The notes: a model not told the origin generated them from the letters alone. A stretch of 64,000 nucleotides of DNA from an uncultured Candidatus Saccharibacteria bacterium (GCA_964621195.1 CAZULJ010000003.1:24412-88411); one strand, 5' to 3'. Shown: positions 1 to 10,376, counted from the stretch's first letter. Program-made: numbers and translations.

Positions 1-1132
1 TACCTTTAGAATTTAAGAATTCAGAGATACTGTTTCCATCCCTATTAGTTTCAACATTGAAGATATTTTTACAACCTCTAAATGTAAAACCTTCTAAATG
101 AAAGGCTATTGGACCGTACTTTAGTTTGCTATCAGTTGGGCCAAAAGGTTTAAACCAATCTATACCTTTGAAATTACCAAAGAGCTCTTCAGTTAGCGAT
201 TGTTCATACTCCTCAAGTTTCTCCCAGCCACCTACTCTCTCCAATGCATTCTCAAACCATTCGATAGCAAAACCAAGAACAATACCGCCACCAATATCTG
301 GAGTTCCAGCTTCAAACTTCCAAGGTAAGTCATTGTATTCAAAATCCTTCAAAGAAACAGCAGAGATCATTTCTCCTCCCCCCATCCATGGGGTAAGATT
401 CTTCAAATACTCTTCTTTGCAATACACTGCGCCAGTACCCGTTGGTGCATATGCCTTGTGTCCTGAAAATACCAAAGAGTCACATCCTATACTCTTCACA
501 TCTACCTTGGTGTGCACGATACTTTGTGCAGCATCTAGGATAGTGAAGGACCCATTCTTCTTTGCAAGTTTAAATATCTCCTCTACGGGATTCTTTAATC
601 CAAGTACATTAGAGATATGTACAACAGAAACTATCTTAATCTTCTTGCCCTCTTTCTTTAACAAATCTTTATACCAATCAAGATCAAGTGTGTAATCCTC
701 CTTTACAGGGATATATTCAATTCTAAAGTTTATTTCCTTTTGTAAAATCATCCAAGAAACGATATTACTGTGATGCTCCATCTCTGTAACAACAACGATA
801 TCTCCATCTTTAAGAAGCTTCCTACCAAATGTATTTACAAGGAGGTTTAATCCTTCAGTTGTATTTCTTACAAAGATTATTTCTTTGTATGAGTCAGCAT
901 TTATAAACTTTGCAACCTTCTCATGTGCCCACTCCCAAAGCTTTGTACCATTAACCGAAAGATCGTAAGGCCCTCTATGTATATTTGCATTCTCCTGCTC
1001 GTAGTACTGTTTAAGTCTGTCAATAACGAATTGAGGCTTCTGTGTAGTAGCAGCATTATCAAGATATACAAGACCCTTACTAAAGGGGGTCTTTTTTAGA
1101 ATAGGGAACTCTTTACGAATCTCTTTAAACAT
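1..1132 (-). CDS. sufS: Cysteine desulfurase SufS family; 3' end runs off the window; missing from ORF track
   Basis: Manual translation from ATG at 1132: MFKEIRKEFPILKK...VYLDNAATTQKPQ...NANIHRG; also EMEHHSN, DAAQS, SGHK (PLP lysine) and KFEAGTP. Confidence 0.93.
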   Translation of the reverse strand, partial: MFKEIRKEFPILKKTPFSKGLVYLDNAATTQKPQFVIDRLKQYYEQENANIHRGPYDLSVNGTKLWEWAHEKVAKFINADSYKEIIFVRNTTEGLNLLVNTFGRKLLKDGDIVVVTEMEHHSNIVSWMILQKEINFRIEYIPVKEDYTLDLDWYKDLLKKEGKKIKIVSVVHISNVLGLKNPVEEIFKLAKKNGSFTILDAAQSIVHTKVDVKSIGCDSLVFSGHKAYAPTGTGAVYCKEEYLKNLTPWMGGGEMISAVSLKDFEYNDLPWKFEAGTPDIGGGIVLGFAIEWFENALERVGGWEKLEEYEQSLTEELFGNFKGIDWFKPFGPTDSKLKYGPIAFHLEGFTFRGCKNIFNVETNRDGNSISEFLNSKG

Positions 1133-1148
1133 ATTAATTGATTAAAAA

Positions 1149-1709
1149 TTAAAAGTTCTTCCACATCTTACTCGCTTGTACCGTCATATCGCCCTTATAC
1201 TTACTATTAAGACCTGCACTTCCATACGGTCTCTCACACTCTCTATCCAATTGCTCAAATGCAAGCTGTGCAATCTTCATTCCCTCATAGATACGAATAG
1301 GTAGAGGTGATAGATTTGCAATCTCTAATGTTAATCTAAGCTTGTTACCTGGATCTAGAAATCCTGCAGTAGCATGAATTATAAGTCCCATTCTTGCAAG
1401 AGAGCTTTTTCCCTCCAATCTCCCTACGTGCCTATTATCCACGCCAGTTACTTCGACTACATTCGCTAGTACAAACTCTCCAGGCTTGAGTGTATATCCT
1501 ACGATATCGTTAATCTCTATTTTTACCATTAGATCTTCTACTGGCTTTTTAACATCTATTAATTCATGTTTTTCCGTATTAAATACTAATATATTTTTAT
1601 CTAAGTGAAGATCATATGAGGCGGGTTGTACAAATTCAGGAGAGAAGGGTTCTATACTAATTTCTCCGCTTTGTATTTTTTCTTTCAGTGTCCTATCTGA
1701 GAGTATCAT
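1149..1709 (-). CDS. dcd: dCTP deaminase
   Basis: MILSD, QPASYDL, GKSSLARMGL, TAGFLDPG, LTLE motifs. Confidence 0.93.
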   Translation of the reverse strand: MILSDRTLKEKIQSGEISIEPFSPEFVQPASYDLHLDKNILVFNTEKHELIDVKKPVEDLMVKIEINDIVGYTLKPGEFVLANVVEVTGVDNRHVGRLEGKSSLARMGLIIHATAGFLDPGNKLRLTLEIANLSPLPIRIYEGMKIAQLAFEQLDRECERPYGSAGLNSKYKGDMTVQASKMWKNF

Positions 1710-1730
1710 ATCTATATATTATTTATTATA

Positions 1731-3326
1731 TTAACTTCTATCTACAAACTGTTCCTTTGACTTTGGGTCAGGTCTTTCTGTACTACCTAGTAAGGGTTTC
1801 CAAATTGGATCTAGTTCGCTAAGTAATTCTAACCATTTATGAACCAAAACTCTATATGCGATGTGCCCTCCTCTTCTAACCCGAAGATTTATTGTGTATT
1901 GTAGGTCATCAAATGATCCATAGAATACATATTTTGTTGAGTGGGCATGTGGTAATAGATATTTTGTATATTCCAAAGAAACCTCCTCCGACATAAATTG
2001 TTTAGAAACTCTTCTCCAGTTTTTTATCATCTCGTATGTAGAGGTCAGAGATTTCTCGTACTCTTTTCGCAAATTATCAAGAAATGAAATCTCAAGATAG
2101 TTACATAGGAAGTAGCAATCCTTACTGTTTCTATCCAACTCTTTATCTATATCCAAGCTATCATGGAAAAGTGGAATATATCTTTCAAAACTTCTATGCC
2201 TATTTAGATCCTTTAGAGTACCTAGTGTTGCCATACCTTCAACCTTTATAGAACCTGACTGACCAATATTTCCAAGTAGATTGTGATGGTTATGATTCTC
2301 AAATATTTTTTCACCCAAGATTATCTGGTCTTGTTCATCAAACTCTAACTCTTTTTTACTACCTAATGGATTTAGAAGAAGTTCGTAATTAGTTATCAGA
2401 TTCTCTACGGGATTCATATTGTAAGATATATTGCATGAATCCTTCTCACAGCCGGCATTCTTGTAACTTTTCTGCTCAGAAATATGCTCTCGAAGGTACT
2501 GTAAAATCGATTTAGTGGAGTTTCTTCTACAACAGTTAGCATCTGTATGACGGATTAAACCATCAGCTTCTCTAATATATCCAGGAATTTCTAAATTCGA
2601 CTCTCCAAGGAGATTCATAAGGAGGTTGGCTACCTCGTTATCAACTACACTGTCGTTTGCATTGAAGTATGCTATTAATTCTGACCAATTCCTAGCAGAC
2701 ATAACTGCAGCTAAACTGGTTTGTAAGCCGTATGGTAAAAGATATCTTGCGACATCAAAGCTCCTCGCTTTCCAAGCAGATACTTCATTTTGATTATCCT
2801 CATTTATCTTAAAAGTTCCCTTTAGTGTTTCTTTCGTTTTCTTCAATAGGTTTCTATAGTCTGACATCTGCTTGAGCATAATTCGATCGTATTCCTTCCT
2901 TATCTCGGTGTCTTTACATAGTTCTTTTGGTACTTTAATAAATTCTGGATTTTCAAAGTTTTGATATCTTGTTGATCTCTCTTGTCCAGATATCACAGAA
3001 TTCAGGTAAAAGATCTTCATCGCAGTAAACATCGGGATATTTTCGATACACAGAAAAAGATCTGCCATATCACCTACAGATTTATGACCGTATCCATGGA
3101 ATATCTTTTCTAGCCTTTCTGCAGCATCTGTATTTGTTTCAAGAATTTCTTTTGCAATATCTGTAATACTATCTGCAGATCTGCTGTACCTCGCACCAAG
3201 ATATGCATTAATAGAGGGTTGTTTTTTTGAAGGGTTTTGGAGGAGAGTATGAACTTTGAATTTATTCCATACGGATTGAGATTTTACAGTTGCTATCTGT
3301 AAATCTTTTCTAAAGGTTCCCTTCAT
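1731..3326 (-). CDS. thyX: FAD-dependent thymidylate synthase, tandem two-domain type
   Basis: YGHKSV, QERSTRY, ARYLLP in the N-half; DLNRHR, KYLLP, LR..GGHIAYR in the C-half; lies next to dcd/glyA/folD. Confidence 0.85.
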   Translation of the reverse strand: MKGTFRKDLQIATVKSQSVWNKFKVHTLLQNPSKKQPSINAYLGARYSRSADSITDIAKEILETNTDAAERLEKIFHGYGHKSVGDMADLFLCIENIPMFTAMKIFYLNSVISGQERSTRYQNFENPEFIKVPKELCKDTEIRKEYDRIMLKQMSDYRNLLKKTKETLKGTFKINEDNQNEVSAWKARSFDVARYLLPYGLQTSLAAVMSARNWSELIAYFNANDSVVDNEVANLLMNLLGESNLEIPGYIREADGLIRHTDANCCRRNSTKSILQYLREHISEQKSYKNAGCEKDSCNISYNMNPVENLITNYELLLNPLGSKKELEFDEQDQIILGEKIFENHNHHNLLGNIGQSGSIKVEGMATLGTLKDLNRHRSFERYIPLFHDSLDIDKELDRNSKDCYFLCNYLEISFLDNLRKEYEKSLTSTYEMIKNWRRVSKQFMSEEVSLEYTKYLLPHAHSTKYVFYGSFDDLQYTINLRVRRGGHIAYRVLVHKWLELLSELDPIWKPLLGSTERPDPKSKEQFVDRS

Positions 3327-3346
3327 GTGTATTTAGATTTTTGAAT

Positions 3347-4567
3347 TTATCTCTTTATTCCAGGGATTGGAAATTGTTTTGCAAAATTTTTTACTTTAGA
3401 TTTGATATCCTCTTTTTCCTTTAGGATGGTGGTTATCATTTCAGCAACATGGACCATATCTTCTTCAACAAAACCTCTGGTAGTTATTGCTGGAGTACCT
3501 ATTCTAATTCCTGATGGATCCCAAGGTTTTCTTGGATCACTTGGTATTGCGTTCTTGTTTACTGTGATATTGGAATTCTCAAGTAAATCGGAAGCTTCCT
3601 TTCCACTCAACCCAACACTAGATATTGTATCTACAAGGAAGAGGTGATTATCAGTCCCCCCTGAAACGATCTTAAATCCTCTCTTAGAAAGTTCTTCTGA
3701 AAGTTTCTTTGAATTGAGTACTATCTGTTTTGCATATGTACGGAATTCTTGGGTACTCGCCTCTTTAAGTGCAAGCGCAATACCTGCAGTTGTATGATTG
3801 TGTGGACCACCCTGAAGCCCTGGGAACACCGCCTTGTCTATACTCTCCCCATATTCACCTTTACTCAGAATCATAGCTCCTCTTGGACCTCTAAGAGTCT
3901 TGTGAGTTGTTGTAGTAACAACATCTGCAATACCAATAGGAGATGGATATTCTCCAGCAACAATTAAGCCCGCAACATGTGCTATATCTGCAACAAGAAG
4001 AGCATTAACTTCATCTGCTATTTTGCGAAATTCTTCCCAATCAACAATCCTTGAATATGCTGAAAATCCAGTCCAAATCAATTTAGGAGACACTTCATGG
4101 GCTATCTTTCTTACAGAATCATAGTCTATATACCCATCTTCGTTTAATCCATAGCTAAATGATTCGAAGTATTTACCACTAATTGAGACCTTAAAACCAT
4201 GGGTCAAATGACCACCTGAGGCAAGTTCCATACCCATTGTACGATCCCCTGGATTAAGAAATGCTAAATGAACAGCCAAATTTGCAGGGGAACCAGAATA
4301 TGGTTGTACATTAACATGCTCTGCATGGAAAAGATCTTTAGCTCTGGATATACAGATCTTTTCTATTTCATCGATATACTCATTGCCTCCATAATATCGT
4401 TTATCTGGATATCCTTCCGAATATTTGTTCGTTAGAATACTACCCATTGCAGAAAGGACGTCCTCACTGACATAGTTTTCTGAAGCTATTAATTCAATAC
4501 CTTCAATCTGTCTTTTAGCTTCTTTATCAATATATTTGAAAACTTCATCTCTAGTACTTTTTGACAT
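3347..4567 (-). CDS. glyA: Serine hydroxymethyltransferase; start reassigned to ATG 4567
   Basis: ELIASENY, NKYSEGYP.KRYYGG, GGHLTHG, TTTHKTLRGPRG, FPGLQGGP. Confidence 0.96.
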   Translation of the reverse strand: MSKSTRDEVFKYIDKEAKRQIEGIELIASENYVSEDVLSAMGSILTNKYSEGYPDKRYYGGNEYIDEIEKICISRAKDLFHAEHVNVQPYSGSPANLAVHLAFLNPGDRTMGMELASGGHLTHGFKVSISGKYFESFSYGLNEDGYIDYDSVRKIAHEVSPKLIWTGFSAYSRIVDWEEFRKIADEVNALLVADIAHVAGLIVAGEYPSPIGIADVVTTTTHKTLRGPRGAMILSKGEYGESIDKAVFPGLQGGPHNHTTAGIALALKEASTQEFRTYAKQIVLNSKKLSEELSKRGFKIVSGGTDNHLFLVDTISSVGLSGKEASDLLENSNITVNKNAIPSDPRKPWDPSGIRIGTPAITTRGFVEEDMVHVAEMITTILKEKEDIKSKVKNFAKQFPIPGIKR

Positions 4568-5408
4568 TTCTAATATATACCTCAAACAAATTATCAAGGA
4601 GGGAGGCAATTGTCATTGGACCTATACCACCTGGTACAGGAGTTATATATGAGGCAACCTTTTGTGCACTACTAAATTTTACGTCTCCGACAAGAGTTCC
4701 TTCTACTGATTTATTCGTACCGATATCAAGAACCACAGCACCCTCTTTTATATATCCCTTGTCTATGAACTCTGCCTTTCCTATACCCACAACAAGAATA
4801 TCTGCTTCTTTGCAAACATCCTTAAGATTTTTTGTATGCGAGTGACATACAGTTACAGTACAGTTTGCATTTTGCAACATTGCTGCTACTGGCAGACCTA
4901 CAATGTCGCTCCTACCGATTACCACTGCCCTTTTTCCATCAAGAGAAATCTTATACTCCTCCAAGATCTTGATGACACCCTTTGCAGTTGCGGGTGCAAT
5001 TGCAGTAGAATCATTCTTGAAAAGTTTTCCCAAATTTGAAGAGGTTAAACCATCAACATCCTTCCTAGGATCTATACTTTCGAGTATCTCATTTGTTTTA
5101 AAAGACTTCGGTAGGGGTAGCTGTACCATTAATCCATCAACCCTACTATCTTTGTTTAACTCTTGTATTAGATTTGTTATCTCTTCTGAAGAGGTACTTT
5201 CCCCAAATTCATGTACAATTGCTTTGATACCTAATTCGGTAGCTCTCTTTCTTTTCATGTCGACATATTTTTGACTTGCATAGTCATTACCAACTAAAAG
5301 AATATCAAGCCTTGGGATCCTAGAGCCTAAATCTATATGATTACGAATTTCATCTTTAAGGGAATCCAATATCTTTTGTGAGGTTACTTTTCCATCTAGT
5401 AGAGTCAT
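4551..5408 (-). CDS. folD: Methylene-THF dehydrogenase/cyclohydrolase
   Basis: VQLPLP, KDVDG, GRSDIVGLP, TPVPGGIGPMT. Confidence 0.96.
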   Translation of the reverse strand: MTLLDGKVTSQKILDSLKDEIRNHIDLGSRIPRLDILLVGNDYASQKYVDMKRKRATELGIKAIVHEFGESTSSEEITNLIQELNKDSRVDGLMVQLPLPKSFKTNEILESIDPRKDVDGLTSSNLGKLFKNDSTAIAPATAKGVIKILEEYKISLDGKRAVVIGRSDIVGLPVAAMLQNANCTVTVCHSHTKNLKDVCKEADILVVGIGKAEFIDKGYIKEGAVVLDIGTNKSVEGTLVGDVKFSSAQKVASYITPVPGGIGPMTIASLLDNLFEVYIRNVKKY

Positions 5409-5473
5409 CTATTTGCTCCTAACAATTATTCTTCCCAAGTATTTTACAGGATATATTCAAGTTTTGCTAAATA

Positions 5474-7279
5474 TTACTGATTGTATTTTACCTGTTTAAA
5501 GAACCTACCCTTCTTACCAATTAATTCTCTCCAATTACCTGCATCAACAACATGGCCATTATCAAAGAAGTATATTTTGTCAAACTTATCAAGCAGATCT
5601 GTATCTCTTGTAATGAGAATAACGGAGCGATCTTTTCCTGCGAAATTCATTATGCCCTTAAGAATAAAATCTCTAGATGGAGCATCTATAAAGGTAAAAG
5701 GTTCATCCATTACAAAAATATCCCTATTTCTATACAGCATTCTAGCGATAGCTAATCGTTGCCAATACCCCGGGGAGAGCTCTTTACCATCAAGATACTT
5801 TCCTAGTTTAAGATTATCCGTTATACCTTCTTTTTTCATAAATTTGTCTATCTCACATATTCTTATTACCTTTCTATATAGCTCCATATCAATATTCTTT
5901 CTGTGTCCAGTAAGTGTGATATTTTCCCTAATACTAAAATTGTAGTTAACAAAATTTTGGAAAGTAACTGCAATCTTTCTTTTTAATTCACCCCTGCCTA
6001 ATTCTCTTATAGAATACCCACCTATTTGATAGTCTCCTACAGTTATTTCATACAAGCCGGAAAGAATCTTTAGAAGACTGCTTTTACCAGAACCATCACC
6101 ACCAAAAATTGCGACCTTGTCACCAGCCTTAATTTCAAGATTGATATTCTCAAGTACTTTTCTTTCTGGTTCATCCGGATATGCAAAATCCAAACTATGG
6201 AATGCAAGAGATGGGACATTTTTCCCTAATTTTTGGAATCCGTGATTCTCGTCTCCAAAGCCTTTATAGTTAACAAAATCGAAGTATTTGGAAGTATATG
6301 AAATGTATGCATTAAGTAGAGAGAATGTATTAAACATATGGAAATCACTGCTGTATACGACATTAACATAGTTAAAGAGGGCACTAAAGGTACCAATGGT
6401 TAACCTATTTGTTATTGAATACGCAAGAAGATAAATTACATATGCATACTTTAGTAGCTGACCGAATACAGAACCAAATGTCTGATCTATTGTGGAATGC
6501 TTCCTTCTCTCAAAGAGACCCTCTAAATACTTTTCCCTTTCAGTTTTGTATGTTCTCTTAAGGAAATCATATGTGTTATCTACCCTAAGTTCCATAAAGT
6601 TACGGATATCCATTGAGAGTGTATAGAATATGTAATTTGTTAATTTGAGAGAATCAATTTGATTGTCATCATATATTTGGATCCTCTTTCTATTGAAATG
6701 GGAGAGTAACACCTCTGGTATTACAAATATTAACAAAACAATAGTGACCATTCCTAAATCGGAAGAAAGAATTACAAATGCTGTTACAAATCTAGTCACT
6801 TCATAAACAATGCTTGAGAAGGCTTGATATGAAAGCAACATATTGTTTATTGAGTAGGTTGATATGTAATCTATGAGGTTTTGAAGTTTAGGTTGTTCAA
6901 TATCTTGTAGATTAGAGTTCGATATCTTCTCCATTACTTCGAGATTCGCATCTTTCCAAACCTTGTCAGTAATATTGTCGCTTATATATTGTCGAACCTT
7001 GGTACCAGCAGAAAGAAATATCCAGAGAACAAGTGAAAGGGAGAGGTAGTAGAATGAGTCTGTTATGAAATATTGCTGTATATCAAACCCTCTAGAGTTT
7101 TTAATAACCTCGACAGTGGCATCCAAGAACTTACCCGCAACAGAGATACCTGCCATTTCAGCTATAATGACTACAATAAAAACTAAGTCTCTTAGGATTA
7201 CTTCCTTTGTATATCTTGTGTAAAAGAAGATAATAATTTGCCAGAGAGTCTTTATCTTTTCTTGTATAATGGTTCTCAT
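5474..7279 (-). CDS. ABC exporter, fused permease and ATPase, with degenerate NBD motifs
   Basis: N-terminal TM segments; Walker A GGDGSGKS; signature LSPGYWQRLAIAR; Walker B IFVMDEP. Confidence 0.88.
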   Translation of the reverse strand: MRTIIQEKIKTLWQIIIFFYTRYTKEVILRDLVFIVVIIAEMAGISVAGKFLDATVEVIKNSRGFDIQQYFITDSFYYLSLSLVLWIFLSAGTKVRQYISDNITDKVWKDANLEVMEKISNSNLQDIEQPKLQNLIDYISTYSINNMLLSYQAFSSIVYEVTRFVTAFVILSSDLGMVTIVLLIFVIPEVLLSHFNRKRIQIYDDNQIDSLKLTNYIFYTLSMDIRNFMELRVDNTYDFLKRTYKTEREKYLEGLFERRKHSTIDQTFGSVFGQLLKYAYVIYLLAYSITNRLTIGTFSALFNYVNVVYSSDFHMFNTFSLLNAYISYTSKYFDFVNYKGFGDENHGFQKLGKNVPSLAFHSLDFAYPDEPERKVLENINLEIKAGDKVAIFGGDGSGKSSLLKILSGLYEITVGDYQIGGYSIRELGRGELKRKIAVTFQNFVNYNFSIRENITLTGHRKNIDMELYRKVIRICEIDKFMKKEGITDNLKLGKYLDGKELSPGYWQRLAIARMLYRNRDIFVMDEPFTFIDAPSRDFILKGIMNFAGKDRSVILITRDTDLLDKFDKIYFFDNGHVVDAGNWRELIGKKGRFFKQVKYNQ

Positions 7280-7295
7280 CTAGAAATATAATAAC

Positions 7296-7751
7296 ATGAG
7301 AGACAACAAATATTTAGAATTTTTACTATACGATATCTGGGAAAATCACTTTTGTGATGTACCTAGATTAAATATCGTGGATATAAAGTATGGGAAATAC
7401 TCTAAAAGACAACTTGGAAGTATTAAATTGATAAAAGATAGGGATACCTTTGAGAGGTACATTAAGAAGAAGGATATAAATCCTCATAGTATAGAGAATC
7501 AATCGATTTCTGTAATAACCTTAACAAGATATTACACCTCCGAAGATATACCTGAATATGTTATACGAGCAACAATAATTCATGAATTATGCCACTATAC
7601 ACACGGTTTTAACTCCCCTCTTAAACAGATATATAAGCATCCACATAGAGGTGGGGTGATCAGAAAAGAGTTTCAGAAGAGAGATTTAATAGATACATAT
7701 ACCATCTCAAGGAAATGGCTAAAAGATAACTGGAGGAATATCGCTTCTTAA
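7296..7751 (+). CDS. SprT/M48-like zinc metallopeptidase domain protein
   Basis: IIHELCHY (HExxH) plus downstream HPH; preceded by IPEYVI. Confidence 0.7.
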   Translation: MRDNKYLEFLLYDIWENHFCDVPRLNIVDIKYGKYSKRQLGSIKLIKDRDTFERYIKKKDINPHSIENQSISVITLTRYYTSEDIPEYVIRATIIHELCHYTHGFNSPLKQIYKHPHRGGVIRKEFQKRDLIDTYTISRKWLKDNWRNIAS

Positions 7752-7806
7752 AAAAGAATCTTACTTCTATATTGCATACTCTCGGAATTGCCTACAATTC
7801 TTAAAT

Positions 7807-8349
7807 ATGAATCGCAATTATATAGGGGAAAATATTCGCATATACAGAGAAAGGAGTAAATTAACACAACAGGAATTAGCAGACAAAGTTGGAGTATCTT
7901 GGGAGATGGTTTCAAGGTATGAAAGATCTGCAAGCTCCCCTCTAAAAAAGCTAGAGAAGTTAGCAGAAGCTTTGCAGGTTTCTAAGTCACAGCTACTGGA
8001 GGAACATATTCCAGAAGGTACCGGTGCAATAGAGTATAGAGTTCCTCTTTTTACAAATATACCCTCTCCAGCTAGGTTCCAACCTTCTCAAACAAACTAT
8101 TACTACTCATGTCCTGAATGGATATCAAAACAGTATTCAGATGTAATTGCCATAGATAGCAAGTTAACACATACGAACATCCCAAATTTCCTTCTCAATG
8201 GTATTCTCTTCGTTTCAAAAGAAGGAAAACCTAAGCACGGAGATCTCTTCATATCAAAGGGTTATGATTCCTTGGAGTTAAAAAGATATGGAGGAGAGTC
8301 CACAGAGAATATATTAGGGAAATTAGTAGGACAAGAGCTTCGATATTAA
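7807..8349 (+). CDS. XRE-family HTH regulator with a degenerate CI/LexA-like C-terminal domain
   Basis: IGENIRIYRERSKLTQQELADKVGVSWEMVSRYE HTH; RVPL motif at the start of an S24-like region. Confidence 0.82.
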   Translation: MNRNYIGENIRIYRERSKLTQQELADKVGVSWEMVSRYERSASSPLKKLEKLAEALQVSKSQLLEEHIPEGTGAIEYRVPLFTNIPSPARFQPSQTNYYYSCPEWISKQYSDVIAIDSKLTHTNIPNFLLNGILFVSKEGKPKHGDLFISKGYDSLELKRYGGESTENILGKLVGQELRY

Positions 8350-8352
8350 GAA

Positions 8353-8377
8353 AAAGACCCCTCTTTACGGGGTCTTT
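8353..8377. terminator. Probable bidirectional intrinsic terminator between convergent XRE gene and groEL
   Basis: AAAGACCCC-tctttac-GGGGTCTTT, with an A run on the left. Confidence 0.8.
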
Positions 8378-8399
8378 AACTTCTTGTTCTAACAAGAGA

Positions 8400-10025
8400 T
8401 TACATCATCCCCTGCATTCCAGACATATCAGGAGACATACCTTGATTACTTTTTTCCTCCGGTATCTCTGCAACTACTGCTTCAGTGGTGATAAGCATTG
8501 TACCTACGGATGCTGCATTTACCAATGCTAATCTTGTAACTTTTACAGGATCTATTATCCCTGTTTCTAGCATATCTACATATTCATCCGTCTTTGCATT
8601 GTATCCGAGGTTGTCATGACAGTTAGCAGCAATTACTGCTCCATCTTTACCTGCATTCTTTGCAATCTGCTTTAGAGGTTCACTTAGAACATTTTTCAAT
8701 ATTTCTACACCTAACTGCTCATCAGGATCCTCAAGATTTACCTTTTCTAAAGATTGCCTCATATTGTGTAATGCAAGCCCACCTCCAACAACAACTCCCT
8801 CTTCAATAGCAGCTCTGGTAGCGTGTATTGCATCTTCAACTCTTTGCTTCTTCTCTTTTGCTTCAACTTCGGAAGCTGCTCCGACTTTAATTACTGCAAC
8901 TCCTCCGGAGATCTTCGCAAGTCTTTCTTGTAATTTCTCTTTGTCATAGTCGGAGGTACTCGCATCTATCTGTGCTTTTATCTCTGCGACCCTCTTTTTA
9001 ATGTCAGATTCCTTACCAAGTCCTTCAACGATTACTGTGTTTTCCTTGCTAATGATAATCTTCTTTGCAGTACCAAGATCTGTCAAACCAACAGAGTCTA
9101 GAGTCTTACCAACCTCTTCTGAGATATACTCAGCTCCTGTTACAACTGCAATATCTCTTAGCATCTCTTTCTTTCTATCTCCAAATCCTGGAGCTTTTAC
9201 AGCTACTACATTAAGAGTTCCTCTCAATTTGTTAACTACGAGTGTTGCAAGTGCCTGATTTTCGATATCATCGGCAATGATTACTAATGGTCTATCTGCA
9301 GCTGCAAGAACTTTCTCAGCAATTGCTTGTATATCCTGCAATGTCGAGAGCTTCTTGTCTGTGACGAATATGTAAGGATTCTCCATTACTGTTTCTTGAG
9401 TTTCAGCGTCTGTAATAAAATAGGAGCTTACATATCCCTGATCAAATTGCATACCTTCTGTATATTCAATCTCATCTAAGAATCCTTTTGCTTCTTCTAC
9501 TGTAATAACACCATCTTTACCAACCTTGTTGAATACATCTCCAATCATCTTACCCAGCTCTTTGTCATTGTTAGAAGAGATTGTAGCAACCTGAGAGATT
9601 TCCTCTTTTCCACTGATTTTCTTTGCAGATTTTTGCAATGCTGCAACTACAATATCAACCCCCTTATCAAGACCTCTTTTTAAAGCGATAGGGTTAGAAC
9701 CTGCAGTTACATTTCTAAAACCAGCATTTGCAATAGCTTGTGCTAGAACAATAACTGTGGTTGTACCATCTCCTGCGAGATCGTTAACTCTTCTGGATGC
9801 TTCTTTCATCATTTCAACACCTACGTTTTTGAAAGGATCCTTATCTTCAATCTCCTTTGCAACAGTAACACCATCCTTTGTCACGACCTGAGATCCAAAT
9901 GTCTTCGCTATTGCAACATTTCTACCCTTTGGTCCAAGTGTAGTTTTCACTGCATTAGCTATAGTATCTACACCTGATTTGAGAGCTTTTCTTGCTTCTT
10001 CATCATAAATGATTGATTTTGCCAT
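8400..10025 (-). CDS. groL: Chaperonin GroEL
   Basis: [35 protein letters not shown]-rich tail. Confidence 0.99.
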   Translation of the reverse strand: MAKSIIYDEEARKALKSGVDTIANAVKTTLGPKGRNVAIAKTFGSQVVTKDGVTVAKEIEDKDPFKNVGVEMMKEASRRVNDLAGDGTTTVIVLAQAIANAGFRNVTAGSNPIALKRGLDKGVDIVVAALQKSAKKISGKEEISQVATISSNNDKELGKMIGDVFNKVGKDGVITVEEAKGFLDEIEYTEGMQFDQGYVSSYFITDAETQETVMENPYIFVTDKKLSTLQDIQAIAEKVLAAADRPLVIIADDIENQALATLVVNKLRGTLNVVAVKAPGFGDRKKEMLRDIAVVTGAEYISEEVGKTLDSVGLTDLGTAKKIIISKENTVIVEGLGKESDIKKRVAEIKAQIDASTSDYDKEKLQERLAKISGGVAVIKVGAASEVEAKEKKQRVEDAIHATRAAIEEGVVVGGGLALHNMRQSLEKVNLEDPDEQLGVEILKNVLSEPLKQIAKNAGKDGAVIAANCHDNLGYNAKTDEYVDMLETGIIDPVKVTRLALVNAASVGTMLITTEAVVAEIPEEKSNQGMSPDMSGMQGMM

Positions 10026-10051
10026 ATGTATTTTCTATTAAAATTTAAAAT

Positions 10052-10354
10052 CTACTTTACTACTGCAAGAATATCTTCTGCTTCAAGAATTAGGTATTCT
10101 TTTCCATCAACCTCGATCTCTTCTGGTGAGTATTTTTTGAAATACACCTTGTCTCCAACTTTTACATCAAATTTTAATGTATTACCATCTTTATCCTTAC
10201 CAACACCCAACTTTATAACTTCTCCGAATGCGGATCTTTTATCATCCGATGCACTTGGGGGTATTACGAGTCCCCCCGGGGTTCTTTCCTGTATTTCTTC
10301 TGGTTTAACTATTACACGATGACCCAATGGCGTTATTTTTACATCACTAGACAT
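10052..10354 (-). CDS. groS: Co-chaperonin GroES
   Basis: PLGHRVIVK, TPGGLVIP, VKVGDKV, EDILAV. Confidence 0.98.
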   Translation of the reverse strand: MSSDVKITPLGHRVIVKPEEIQERTPGGLVIPPSASDDKRSAFGEVIKLGVGKDKDGNTLKFDVKVGDKVYFKKYSPEEIEVDGKEYLILEAEDILAVVK

Positions 10355-10376
10355 ATATTAAGAGATAAAAATTTAA

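Noticed and set aside
126-695. 189-aa plus-strand ORF
   Set aside because: Antisense shadow of sufS, which the ORF track missed because it runs off the window
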